NCBI GenBank assembly: GCA_041665625.1
Contig: JBAYIK010000004.1
Span: 26,503 to 90,502, forward strand
Length of the DNA: 64,000 nt
Direction: 5' to 3'
From: Minisyncoccota bacterium
GTDB taxonomy: Bacteria; Patescibacteriota; Minisyncoccia; Phycocordibacterales; XYD1-FULL-46-19
The notes below the pieces were generated by a model. The model searched no databases, was not told the DNA's origin, and was given only the letters and a program-made list of their open reading frames with translations. Positions 45,002-54,203 of the stretch are shown here, piece after piece (position 1 is the first letter of the stretch; every line of letters begins with the position of its first letter). A program made the position numbers and the translations under genes.

Positions 45002-46459
45002 TTAGGTTTTTTCTTCTGCGTCAATAATCTCTCTTGCTCTCTTCCTAATCTCACCTATTTTAGATATGGGGGCAATAAGGATCGCTTTTTCTTTGGGCCA
45101 CACTTCAATAGTAATACCATTCGTGCCGCTGGGGCCATAATTATCAATTTCCCAGGTTCTAGTGTCAGTATCCATATCATGGGAATAAAAATTTTTCTTG
45201 CCGGCCATTTCATTCATAATATCAGTCAATATTCTCGCTGTCGGGATCTGAGAAAAGTAGCTAAATTGGGCTGTTCCGTCTGTTTCAGACAGTTCTGTTA
45301 AGGCATCTTGGAGTTTGTTTGGGTCGAACTCACGAAAATTCCTAATGATTCCGTCTCTTCCAAAAACAACAACAAACCGCTTCTTCCCATCTGTCGCCAT
45401 CAATCTTCTTTCGTTGCGGCCCTTTTGGGCCATATCTTCGCTGAAGGAGAACGACTGGTCATTGATTTCTGCGAGGTAATGGCCCAGTACTTTTTCTATT
45501 GGGTCCCCAATTTCTATCTCTGCTCCATTTAGATCTATAATTGGCACTACCACTTGGCCTTGGGGATATCTTTCTGAGTTTGGCAAAGATACTATATTGT
45601 ATAAGCCCCTTGGAGTTATTATTGGATAAGTTCCTTGTGTTATCCCATGTTCTCCTTCAGTTTTTTCTTCTCTATTTGAAACGCCAAACCCTCTTTGGTG
45701 GCTTCTGTTTTCCCCCACAAGATCTATCTCAGCATCTCTAAATAATCTCTTTTTCCCCGAGTTGTTTATCCCATAAAAACTAATCGCTACTCTTTCCTTT
45801 GGTAATTTGCCCAATAAGGCTTCAACCCATTCTTTTTTGTCTGTTTCTCTTGATCTCGTGTGTGGCTGGTATCCAGCATAGAGCTCAGCGAGTTGGTAGA
45901 CGTCAAGGTAGGTCTTATCCTCATCTAAATAATCAGATGGTTCGGAGGCCCAGTATAAGATAGAAGTGTTCTTCTTAAGACTTTGGCCATAATTTTGGAA
46001 AATGCGCTCAAGCTGTTTATAAGAGATGTGTTCTCTTGCACCAGGAACGGCATCAAAGGCACAGAATGGGCATCCCTTAGAGCAACCAAAGGTCAATTGT
46101 ATAGCATGAAGATTTTCGAAAATAAGCTTCAATTGTTCTGGGGTAAACCTTTTTTCTAGTCCGAGAGGTAGTTCGTCGTCATCTTCTTGGGTTTCTCTGT
46201 AGATCTCTCTCTTTTGGGCAATTATGTTATCTAACAACTTTCTTTCCTCCTGTGCTAACCATTTCTCCCAATAGCTGAATTGGGCCACGAGCTCTGGATT
46301 CTCCAAGGCTTCGTCAAGGTAAGTCTCTAGACGACCCTCTCTTGTTAGCTCGGCAAAATAATCAGCCAATTGGCCAGGATTTAGGAGAATAATCTCTTCT
46401 TTATTAAGAAAGGGTTTTGGTGATTTGGCCTGATCATTTTCTAGGGGGCTATATTCCAT
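45002..46459 (-). CDS. Radical SAM domain-containing protein
   Basis: IQLTFGCSKGCPFC (CxxxCxxC), SEP motif. Confidence 0.7.
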   Translation of the reverse strand: MEYSPLENDQAKSPKPFLNKEEIILLNPGQLADYFAELTREGRLETYLDEALENPELVAQFSYWEKWLAQEERKLLDNIIAQKREIYRETQEDDDELPLGLEKRFTPEQLKLIFENLHAIQLTFGCSKGCPFCAFDAVPGAREHISYKQLERIFQNYGQSLKKNTSILYWASEPSDYLDEDKTYLDVYQLAELYAGYQPHTRSRETDKKEWVEALLGKLPKERVAISFYGINNSGKKRLFRDAEIDLVGENRSHQRGFGVSNREEKTEGEHGITQGTYPIITPRGLYNIVSLPNSERYPQGQVVVPIIDLNGAEIEIGDPIEKVLGHYLAEINDQSFSFSEDMAQKGRNERRLMATDGKKRFVVVFGRDGIIRNFREFDPNKLQDALTELSETDGTAQFSYFSQIPTARILTDIMNEMAGKKNFYSHDMDTDTRTWEIDNYGPSGTNGITIEVWPKEKAILIAPISKIGEIRKRAREIIDAEEKT

Positions 46460-46601
46460 TTTCTTTTTCTTTTATCTTGGCTTCTAAAACGGCCTTTTTG
46501 TAGTCGTCTAAAGTGGCAAGCTCATCTTGTAGTTTGGAAATTGATTCTGCCAAACGTAAGATGTCAGATTTTTGTTCACCTGTTTTTTGTTGAGTGTTCA
46601 T
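46449..46601 (-). CDS. Small coiled-coil hypothetical protein
   Basis: MNTQQK... 50 aa, overlaps start of radical SAM gene. Confidence 0.4.
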   Translation of the reverse strand: MNTQQKTGEQKSDILRLAESISKLQDELATLDDYKKAVLEAKIKEKENGI

Positions 46602-46851
46602 GACTAATATTTTAATGCTTCTTTCCCTTATTGTCACTAACCTTGACTTATAAACCAATATTTGCTATAATTGAAGCATCGATTAACTGTTCTAGGAAGG
46701 TTGAATTAAAACTCACACAATTCTCAAGGGCTGTTTCGAAAAATGCGTTACAGCCCTTTTCTGTATTCGCGAATCCTGCTCCGTATAAAACGGTGGCCAG
46801 GCTAGTTTTATTCGTATTAATTCCTGTTAAACGGGATAAAAATAAATAATA

Positions 46852-48126
46852 ATGTATAACTTTAATAACAATAAGCGTTTTGGTGCTAAAAAACCCCTCT
46901 CAAGTAGGGGAGCTCCTTCGCGTCTCGGTTCTCGAGTCATGGGGCGTTCTTCTAGTGCTTCACGACCTTCTCGTTTCTCAAGTTCTTCCCGCCCAACTTT
47001 TAAGAAAAAGATGCGTGGTGAATATATCGATATTGCCCGCTTTGTTAAGAAGGCGGTTGTTGGTGTTGTTAGCGAGCCGGTTGTGATTGAGCACGTCTTT
47101 GCCGATTTTGGCTTCACGCCTCAATTGCAGAAGAATCTCGAAACGAGAAATTACCTTAACCCAACCCCAATCCAAGATCAATCCATAATGCACACCATGG
47201 CCGGCAAGGATATGATTGGTCTGGCCAATACCGGTACTGGTAAAACCGCCGCCTTTCTTCTCCCCATGATTAACAAATGTTTCCTTGATAAACAGCAGGG
47301 TGTCTTGATTGTGGCTCCAACCCGCGAGCTCGCTATTCAGATCGATGATGAGTTCAAGAAATTTACTGGGGGCTTAGGCCTCTTCTCGGCTGTTTGCGTT
47401 GGTGGTGCACCTATATATAGACAAATTGCCGACCTTCGTCGCAATCCAAACTTTGTGATTGGTACCCCTGGGCGTCTTAAGGATCTTAAGGATAGGGGAG
47501 TAATTCATTTTGCTGACTATCAAAATATTGTCTTGGATGAGATTGATCGCATGCTCGATATGGGCTTCGTCGAAGAAATTCGCCGTATCTTAGCTGAGAT
47601 GCCTAAAGAGAGACAATCTCTCTTCTTCTCAGCGACTTTGCCTCCTAAGATTAGAGACTTGTCTCAAGCCTTCTTGACCGACCCGGTTGTTGTTAAGGTG
47701 ACGACTGGTGAGACTTCAGAGAATGTTGATCAAGACATTGTTAAACATAATAAAGAAAATAAATTCGAGAAATTGCGCGACCTGCTCGGAACGAAGGCTT
47801 TAGAAAAAGTTCTTATCTTCTCCGAGACCAAGAGGGAAGTAGATCGTCTTACTGTGAGCCTGTCTAAAGAGGGCTTCAAGGCGGAGTCTATCCATGGCGA
47901 CAAGCGTCAGAGCCAACGCGAGAAAGCTTTGTGGAAGTTTAAGGAGAACCATGTGCAGATCCTTGTTGCCACCGACGTGGCCGCTCGTGGTCTGGATATT
48001 AAGAATATCACTCACGTGATCAATTATTCTCTACCTCAAACTTATACCGACTATGTTCACCGTATTGGCCGTACTGGCCGTGGTGACATGAAGGGTTGTG
48101 CTCTAACCTTCGTGGAGGTAAAATAA
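46852..48126 (+). CDS. DEAD-box RNA helicase (DEID variant)
   Basis: PTPIQ, ANTGTGKT, PTRELA, DEIDRM, SAT, ARGLD, HRIGRTGR. Confidence 0.95.
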   Translation: MYNFNNNKRFGAKKPLSSRGAPSRLGSRVMGRSSSASRPSRFSSSSRPTFKKKMRGEYIDIARFVKKAVVGVVSEPVVIEHVFADFGFTPQLQKNLETRNYLNPTPIQDQSIMHTMAGKDMIGLANTGTGKTAAFLLPMINKCFLDKQQGVLIVAPTRELAIQIDDEFKKFTGGLGLFSAVCVGGAPIYRQIADLRRNPNFVIGTPGRLKDLKDRGVIHFADYQNIVLDEIDRMLDMGFVEEIRRILAEMPKERQSLFFSATLPPKIRDLSQAFLTDPVVVKVTTGETSENVDQDIVKHNKENKFEKLRDLLGTKALEKVLIFSETKREVDRLTVSLSKEGFKAESIHGDKRQSQREKALWKFKENHVQILVATDVAARGLDIKNITHVINYSLPQTYTDYVHRIGRTGRGDMKGCALTFVEVK

Positions 48127-48135
48127 TTTTGTTTG

Positions 48136-48207
48136 TCGGAGTGCAGGGATTTGAACCCTGAGTCCCACGAACCCGAATCGTGGATGTTACCGTTACACTA
48201 CACTCCG
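48136..48207 (-). tRNA. tRNA-Pro(CGG)
   Basis: Minus-strand cloverleaf; CACGA-TTCGGGT-TCGTG; GTTCAAAT T-loop. Confidence 0.9.
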
Positions 48208-48280
48208 AATATTTCGTTTTTATATTAACACAGAAAAGACAAAGGCGCCCGCGACGAGTGGTCGCTTGCGCCTTTAGTTG

Positions 48281-48601
48281 TCAGGCAGGGCAAGTTTCAT
48301 TGTAGGCAAGACTTTGCCAGTATTCTTTGTAGTGCTCCCAGCCTTCGGGCGGAGTTGCAGGGTGACCAACCTTCAAACCAGTGTAATAAAGATTGAGCTC
48401 CTTTTGCCCTTCTTCCCAAGCGATTGAGAACATGTGGGCGAAGCCTATCTGGACGTACCAGACGAAGACTTCGGTGTCGGTCAGGGCTCTCCCCTCCATG
48501 AGGACTGCGGTGTCGCGGTAGCGCATCGCATCTTGGTATTGAGTGAGGTTTCTCAGGCGCATCTCCTCTTCCTTGCGAAGAGTTTCATCTGTGACTTCCA
48601 C
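48281..48601 (-). CDS. Orphan accessory protein
   Basis: GTG start with AAGGAG SD; own promoter (48651-48678) and hairpin terminator (48241-48275). Confidence 0.6.
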   Translation of the reverse strand: MEVTDETLRKEEEMRLRNLTQYQDAMRYRDTAVLMEGRALTDTEVFVWYVQIGFAHMFSIAWEEGQKELNLYYTGLKVGHPATPPEGWEHYKEYWQSLAYNETCPA

Positions 48602-48697
48602 GATGACGACTCCTTTCTTAGAATTGTAGATGAAGACAAAATCTGCCCATAGTGTAGCACTAAGGGCAGATTTGACAACTAAATAAAAATCTATTAA

Positions 48698-48958
48698 TTA
48701 TTTTTTACCCCACTTCTTCTTGTAGATGAAGAAGTAGTAGAGGATATCCAAGAGGCCAACGGTGTTGACGAGCAAGAGCACGACAAACCAGACCTTGGCA
48801 CCACTTCGGGCGGCCCGCCATAGGGCGAGACCTTTCCAGACGAGGGTCCAGATAATTACGATAGCTATTAATGTGGTCATGCCGATAATCGACAAGACCG
48901 AAGCGACACCCCAAACTTGTGGAGGTAATTCTCCAGCTCTACTTATAATATTATCCAT
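48698..48958 (-). CDS. DUF5652-like small membrane protein
   Basis: WTLVWKGLALWRAAR.....WF..LL.VNT.G.L.I.Y. Confidence 0.8.
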   Translation of the reverse strand: MDNIISRAGELPPQVWGVASVLSIIGMTTLIAIVIIWTLVWKGLALWRAARSGAKVWFVVLLLVNTVGLLDILYYFFIYKKKWGKK

Positions 48959-49023
48959 GTCTAAAATTATACCATGGTGGTCTAAAGTTTGACGATACTT
49001 TTATCCACAGTTATCATCAAGCT

Positions 49024-49797
49024 ATGTTAATTCAAATTCAAAAAGAATTAAGAAAAGTGGCAAGCAAAGAGAAGGCTAAAATTTTGGCGCGGTTTTTTAA
49101 AACCGGGAAAGGGGAATATGGTGAAGGTGACAAATTCTTGGGGGTAGTGGTGCCGGAGCAAAGACGGATTGCAAAAAATGTTCTTGCCCAAGAAAGTCCT
49201 TTGGCTTCGATCTTGCTCAATCTGCAAAAACTTCTACAAAGTGAATTTCATGAAGAAAGATTAATACCACTTTTAATTTTGGTGGAGTTGTATAAAAAAG
49301 GTGACCCCTCGACAAGCTCAGGGCGGTCAAGCCGGAAAAAGATTTTTGATTTTTATTTAAAAAACTTAAACAGAATTAATAATTGGGATCTTGTTGATTT
49401 GAGTTCCCCGAATATTATTGGTGACTATATTCTAAATTATTTTACTAAACTTCAGGCAAGAAATTTTTTATTAAAATTGGCCCACTCTAAGAATCTTTGG
49501 TCGCGGCGAGTCGCAGTTTTGGCGGCTTTTCCTTTTATCAGAAATAGTCAGTTCGAAGAAATTTTGGACTTAACCAGATTCTTAATTTTAGATCAAAAAG
49601 AAAAACATGATCTAATGTACAAAGCTCTTGGTTGGATGTTGCGCGAAGTGGGCAAGCGAGACGTCGTTGTTCTACATAAATTCTTGAGACAATATTCTAA
49701 CCAACTCCCCCGTGTGACGTTGCGTTATGCCATCGAGAGAATGAGCGATGTTGAGAGAAAAAGTTATTTGTCTAAGCCCAAATCGCTTGCTAGTTAA
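49024..49797 (+). CDS. AlkD-like DNA alkylation repair protein
   Basis: FFKTGKGEYGEGD.FLGV.VP, INNWDLVD, KA.GWMLRE.GK, R..LRYAIE. Confidence 0.9.
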   Translation: MLIQIQKELRKVASKEKAKILARFFKTGKGEYGEGDKFLGVVVPEQRRIAKNVLAQESPLASILLNLQKLLQSEFHEERLIPLLILVELYKKGDPSTSSGRSSRKKIFDFYLKNLNRINNWDLVDLSSPNIIGDYILNYFTKLQARNFLLKLAHSKNLWSRRVAVLAAFPFIRNSQFEEILDLTRFLILDQKEKHDLMYKALGWMLREVGKRDVVVLHKFLRQYSNQLPRVTLRYAIERMSDVERKSYLSKPKSLAS

Positions 49798-49906
49798 GGG
49801 TTACACGGTTATGGCCAAAAGTTCTTATTATTTTTAGTAAAACCTGAATCGGTGTTTCACAAGCTTTTTTCTTGGCGAACATCATTAAAAGAGTATAATT
49901 ATTGGT

Positions 49907-50782
49907 ATGATAAAATTAATTAATCTTACCGACCTAGCAAAGAAGACTTGGGCCCTCTATGTGGCCAAGTTCAACATCTTGGTTGGCCTAATGGCTCTGC
50001 CATTTGTTCTTTTCATTATTAGTCCGCTCTTGGCTCAGACTGAAGACTTTTTGTATCTACCATTCTCCCTCTTGTTGATGGTTGTCGCTTTTGTTGCAAT
50101 GTTGTGGGGCGGGACGGCGACGGTCATTGTCTTGGATCGACGTGAAGAAAATTTAACAATTAAAGAGGCTCTGACATTGAGTCAGGGTAAACTCTGGCCT
50201 GTCGTCTGGGTGGCCATAATTGTTTGCTTTATCGTTGGAGGAGCTTCGATGCTTTTTATTATTCCCGGATTGATTTTGGCCTTTTATTTTCTGTTTGCCA
50301 AAATTATTGTCATTACCGAAGAAGAGACTGGTATGAAAGCTTTAGTAAAAAGTCGCGAATATCTGCGTGGCTACTTCTGGCCGATTGTCGGACGCTACTT
50401 AGCAATTGTTATTATCTCCACTCTTATTCTAGCAATCTTTAATTCTGTGGCTTCTGTTGTTACCCAGTCGACATCTTCCTTTTTGAATAGTGTAGGAAGA
50501 GAAGCCTTGCTTCTTGTCTTGCAAACTTTTATTAATATCGTCATTTTCCCGTTGATGATTATCCCGGCCTATCTTCTTTATGATAATGTCCGGGAAGTTA
50601 AGAGTGATCTTAACTTCGTTCCTTCAACTGGCCTAACTTATCTCTGGATAGGGCTCGCTGGTTGGGTCTTCTTGGGGGTCTTGATCGTTTTGGCTATTGT
50701 TGTTTTTACCACCGCGATTGGAGGCTTCTTGCTGGGGGCTTTTGCTACAGATATTTTTAACAGTCAAGCTCTCTTAAAATAA
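49907..50782 (+). CDS. Polytopic membrane protein
   Basis: Six TM segments; IIPG...G.KAL..S...L.G..W pattern. Confidence 0.7.
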   Translation: MIKLINLTDLAKKTWALYVAKFNILVGLMALPFVLFIISPLLAQTEDFLYLPFSLLLMVVAFVAMLWGGTATVIVLDRREENLTIKEALTLSQGKLWPVVWVAIIVCFIVGGASMLFIIPGLILAFYFLFAKIIVITEEETGMKALVKSREYLRGYFWPIVGRYLAIVIISTLILAIFNSVASVVTQSTSSFLNSVGREALLLVLQTFINIVIFPLMIIPAYLLYDNVREVKSDLNFVPSTGLTYLWIGLAGWVFLGVLIVLAIVVFTTAIGGFLLGAFATDIFNSQALLK

Positions 50783-50785
50783 AAA

Positions 50786-51004
50786 ATGTATTACGGCTTT
50801 ATTATTATCTTGGCTGCTTGGATCTGGCAGTGGCAGAAGTTTAACCAAGGGCACCGCTCGATGGACCCGTGGTTCTTGCGTCTCTTTGCTTTGGGAATGT
50901 TGGTGCTGGTTCTCGACACTTTCAAAATTTCTAATCTTCTATCTTGGGCTAATGTTGCGACCCTTATCATCACCGTTTTCTTCATTTGGAAATATCGTCG
51001 CTAA
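50786..51004 (+). CDS. Small membrane protein
   Basis: 72 aa, three hydrophobic segments, follows previous gene by 3 nt. Confidence 0.55.
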   Translation: MYYGFIIILAAWIWQWQKFNQGHRSMDPWFLRLFALGMLVLVLDTFKISNLLSWANVATLIITVFFIWKYRR

Positions 51005-51090
51005 CTTTTGCTAGGGCTTAAATTTTTTGCTAAGATACTAAAGCTAGTTAGAAGGCGGGCCCCGTTAGAGGCTCGGAAGCCTCTAACGGG

Positions 51091-51161
51091 GCGGGATTAG
51101 TTTAGCGGTAAAATATCAGTTTTCCAAACTGAGGTCGGGAGTTCGACTCTCCCATCCCGCA
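51091..51161 (+). tRNA. tRNA-Gly(UCC)
   Basis: GCGGGAT/ATCCCGC acceptor; TCAGT-TTTCCAA-ACTGA. Confidence 0.93.
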
Positions 51162-51165
51162 CAGA

Positions 51166-51193
51166 AAAAGAGCCTCCGAAAGGAGGCTCTTTT
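51166..51193 (+). terminator. Terminator after tRNA-Gly
   Basis: AAAAGAGCCTCC-GAAA-GGAGGCTCTTTT. Confidence 0.8.
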
Positions 51194-51364
51194 GCGGGAT
51201 AAGCAAGCCAACTGCTTGGCTTGCGTGGAGAGTTGAACAGCGGAGCGATGTTTTTGTACCAACAAAAACTAGCGAGCTGGTGCCCAGACCAAGGTGAGCG
51301 ACGGCGAGCCTTGAGTCGCGGGCGACTCTCACGTTTTTTTGCTCAACGAGCTTAATTTTAGTTT

Positions 51365-52168
51365 CTAGACAGTTCTAAGAAAAGAGTCAGTATATTTGGG
51401 CTCGGCTTTTATCGGCTTTGACGATTTCCAGATTTGTTCGAATTGCGCTTTTATTAGGTCCGAGAAATCACGGCTATGGATAACGAAACCAAATCCCTCT
51501 TTTCTTGAAGAAATGAAGGCTACTTTGTCAGCATAAAGCCAGTAGCTCATGTTCCAAGTCATACCTTTTGGAGCTAGGCGCAGTTCTCGCATATGACCTT
51601 TCCCAATACCCAGATATGGATGGCTCTTGAGATCAACAGCCTTATCTCTTGGCCAGATTCCTTTGATTGAGATGTTCTGTTTGATTCGTCGACGGTTCAA
51701 ATCTTCAAGATATTCTTTGCCAAGAATTTCCACCATCTCGTTTATGGGCCACATGGTTAAGGTTTCAATGTTTTCGTACCAAAGCATATCCTTTAATACC
51801 TGCCTTATTCCTTTGGCTCCGGGATAGAACTTAATCTTGGGGTCTAAGGCCTTGAGATTAAGGTTAAGGTTGGGGAGAACCTCGGAGATTAGTCGGTCTT
51901 CTTTCTTCAGCTTCTCAATTTTCCCGCGGATAAGATGCTGTAGATTTTTAACATCATCAGCTTCAAATAATTTTTTGTTCTCTTCTTCTTTTTCTATCAC
52001 TAATCCGCTGTCTATAAGTAGCCTCAAATTATCGTATACCGTCGTCCGGGGCAGTCCGAGATTCTCGGCTAATTGGCGGGCTGAAGAACAGCCATTTTCT
52101 AAAAGCTGAGTATAAACTCTAATACTATTGTCGGAGAAGCCAATTTCTTTTAACGATTCATTTATCAT
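51365..52168 (-). CDS. TrmB family transcriptional regulator
   Basis: L..IGFS.....VY..LL..G.SSA..LA...GLPRTTVY; PKIKFY.G.KGI. Confidence 0.88.
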   Translation of the reverse strand: MINESLKEIGFSDNSIRVYTQLLENGCSSARQLAENLGLPRTTVYDNLRLLIDSGLVIEKEEENKKLFEADDVKNLQHLIRGKIEKLKKEDRLISEVLPNLNLNLKALDPKIKFYPGAKGIRQVLKDMLWYENIETLTMWPINEMVEILGKEYLEDLNRRRIKQNISIKGIWPRDKAVDLKSHPYLGIGKGHMRELRLAPKGMTWNMSYWLYADKVAFISSRKEGFGFVIHSRDFSDLIKAQFEQIWKSSKPIKAEPKYTDSFLRTV

Positions 52169-52307
52169 AATATTTTAGTCATTTCGTCGCTTGTCGACGA
52201 CGACTGGACAATATGACTTTAATCCTCTAAGTTAACATTGTCAAGGAAACATGAGGGATTGTTTCCTCTGTGCTCTTTGAAAACCTGTCAAAAAGGAGCG
52301 AAAAATT

Positions 52308-52601
52308 ATGACCAGGATTATCCTTGGGACGATAGCCTCATTGGCAGTCGTCACTTTCTCCACGGTGGTGCTGATTCTTTCGGCAAGTTTCTTTATCTAC
52401 CCTATGACTGCCGAAGAGGGTGTGAAGTATTTTGTAGTGGTCTGGATCTTTAACGGGTCGCTACTCCTGTTCCAGTTTATAGATGGGCACCAGAAGGCTC
52501 TCGAGGAAATTGATATCCGCTTTAGGGAACAAGGAAAAGTCTTGGCGGATTTGCGAGAGAGTGTCAAAAAACTTGAACAAAGAAAGGAGAAGACGTCATG
52601 A
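52308..52601 (+). CDS. Small two-TM protein with coiled-coil tail
   Basis: AAGGAG SD; boxA-like TGCTCTTTGAAA at 52271-52282; divergent from TrmB gene. Confidence 0.6.
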   Translation: MTRIILGTIASLAVVTFSTVVLILSASFFIYPMTAEEGVKYFVVVWIFNGSLLLFQFIDGHQKALEEIDIRFREQGKVLADLRESVKKLEQRKEKTS

Positions 52602-52833
52602 GGACCCAAGAAGAAAGAGGTATCTTTGTTCGGCTTGTTCTTGCCCTGAGTGGGATATTTGCTTTCCTTACTTGCGGCATTGTGGTGGGGCCCTCATCTT
52701 CTTTTCTGACGATTTGAGAATCGTTGTCCTGTGCCTTTCTGTGTTTTTTTGCTCGAGCCCCATCTTCTTCTTGGTAGGTTGGGCTTACGATGAAGAAAAG
52801 GCAGAGGCAAAACAGAGAGGGGAGATCAAATAG
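52598..52833 (+). pseudogene. Small two-TM protein split by a -1 frameshift at GGGG 52687-52690
   Basis: ATGA-coupled start with SD; MRTQEERGIF...GIVVG continues as ALIFFSDD...GEIK only in the -1 frame. Confidence 0.5.
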
Positions 52834-52986
52834 TGTGTTCTTTGGCCCCAAAAAACCCAGCCCCGTGCGCGAGCCTCGCTCTGCCGGGGCTTTCGCATCT
52901 ATATTATGGTGAGAATGTGGGTGCCCACACTTTCGCCTATCTATCAGGAAAATTGAGTATTTTCAATTTTTTGCTATGATACCAAA

Positions 52987-54129
52987 ATGGTTAACAAAAA
53001 GACTCTTCGGACTTGGGTAGAAATCGACAAGAAGGCCTTGGCACATAACTATAAGATGTGGCGATGCTTTATCGGCCCCAAGAAGAAACTCCTTTCGGTT
53101 ATTAAATCTAATGCTTATGGCCATGGCCTTGTTGATTGCGCTAGGATTTTCTCCAAGCTTGGCACTGATTGGTTAGGAGTAGATGCCATAGAAGAAGCTC
53201 TCGTCTTGAGGCAAGCGGGGATCGAGAAACCGATCTTGGTCTTGGGCTATACTTGCCCAGCTAATTTTGCCCTAGCGGTTAAAGATAATATTACTATCAC
53301 CATCTCCTCTCCCGAATCTCTTAAGGAACTTCTCTCTTTTGATAAAAAACTCTCTAGTCGGCAGGCTCTCAACTTCCAACTCAAGGTAAATACCGGCATG
53401 AATCGCCAAGGCTTCTCTGTCTCTGTTTTGTCTCGAGTCCTTGAAGTTGTCTCTCGTTTAAAGAAAAGTAACTTAGTTGGTATGTATAGTCATCTGGCTA
53501 GTCCTTGTAGTAAGGAAAATGAAGAGAGAACTAAGAACCAAGTCAAATTGTTCAAACAAGCGGTAGAAATTATCGACAATGCTGGCTATGGCAAGATAAT
53601 TAAACATCTTTGTGCCACGGGGGCTACCACCTTTTTCCTAAACGACTCTTTTGACATGGTGCGAGTGGGTCTCGGCTCTTATGGTCTCTGGCCTGACGAG
53701 TCGGCTAAGAAATATCTCGCTAAGAAAGCTAAGCGGTTCTCTCTTAAACCGGCTCTTACTTGGAAGGCGGTGGTGAGCGAGATTCACGGAGCTAAGAAAG
53801 GGGAAGCGGTCGGTTATGATTTTACCCATGTTTTCAAAAAAGATTCTAAGCTAGCGATCTGTGCCGTGGGTTATTGGCACGGCTATAATCGCATTCTCTC
53901 TAACCGAGGTTATGTGATGATAAAGGGTAAAAAGGCCCCGCTGGTTGGTCGCGTCTCAATGGATATGATTATTGTTGATGTGACCAATATCCCCCAGGCT
54001 AAAGTTGGAGATGAGGTTGTGATTATGGGCCCTGGTATTAGCGCCTATGATTTTGCCAAACTCTCCAATACTTCGCCTTATGAAGTTATCACTCGCATTA
54101 ATCCTGATATCCCGAGACTTTATATTTAA
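52987..54129 (+). CDS. alr: Alanine racemase
   Basis: VIKSNAYGHG, KVNTGMNR.G, SHLA, VR.GLG.YG, VGRVSMD. Confidence 0.95.
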   Translation: MVNKKTLRTWVEIDKKALAHNYKMWRCFIGPKKKLLSVIKSNAYGHGLVDCARIFSKLGTDWLGVDAIEEALVLRQAGIEKPILVLGYTCPANFALAVKDNITITISSPESLKELLSFDKKLSSRQALNFQLKVNTGMNRQGFSVSVLSRVLEVVSRLKKSNLVGMYSHLASPCSKENEERTKNQVKLFKQAVEIIDNAGYGKIIKHLCATGATTFFLNDSFDMVRVGLGSYGLWPDESAKKYLAKKAKRFSLKPALTWKAVVSEIHGAKKGEAVGYDFTHVFKKDSKLAICAVGYWHGYNRILSNRGYVMIKGKKAPLVGRVSMDMIIVDVTNIPQAKVGDEVVIMGPGISAYDFAKLSNTSPYEVITRINPDIPRLYI

Positions 54130-54203
54130 AATTACCAATCAAAAAACCAGCCGGTGTAGGGACTGGTTTTTTGATTGAGCTTTTTGAGCTCGAGGAGGAA
54201 AGA

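Noticed and set aside
41647-49009. DnaA boxes (41647-41655, 44122-44130, 49001-49009) as oriC
   Set aside because: Isolated single boxes kilobases apart, with no dnaA/dnaN or box cluster in the window.
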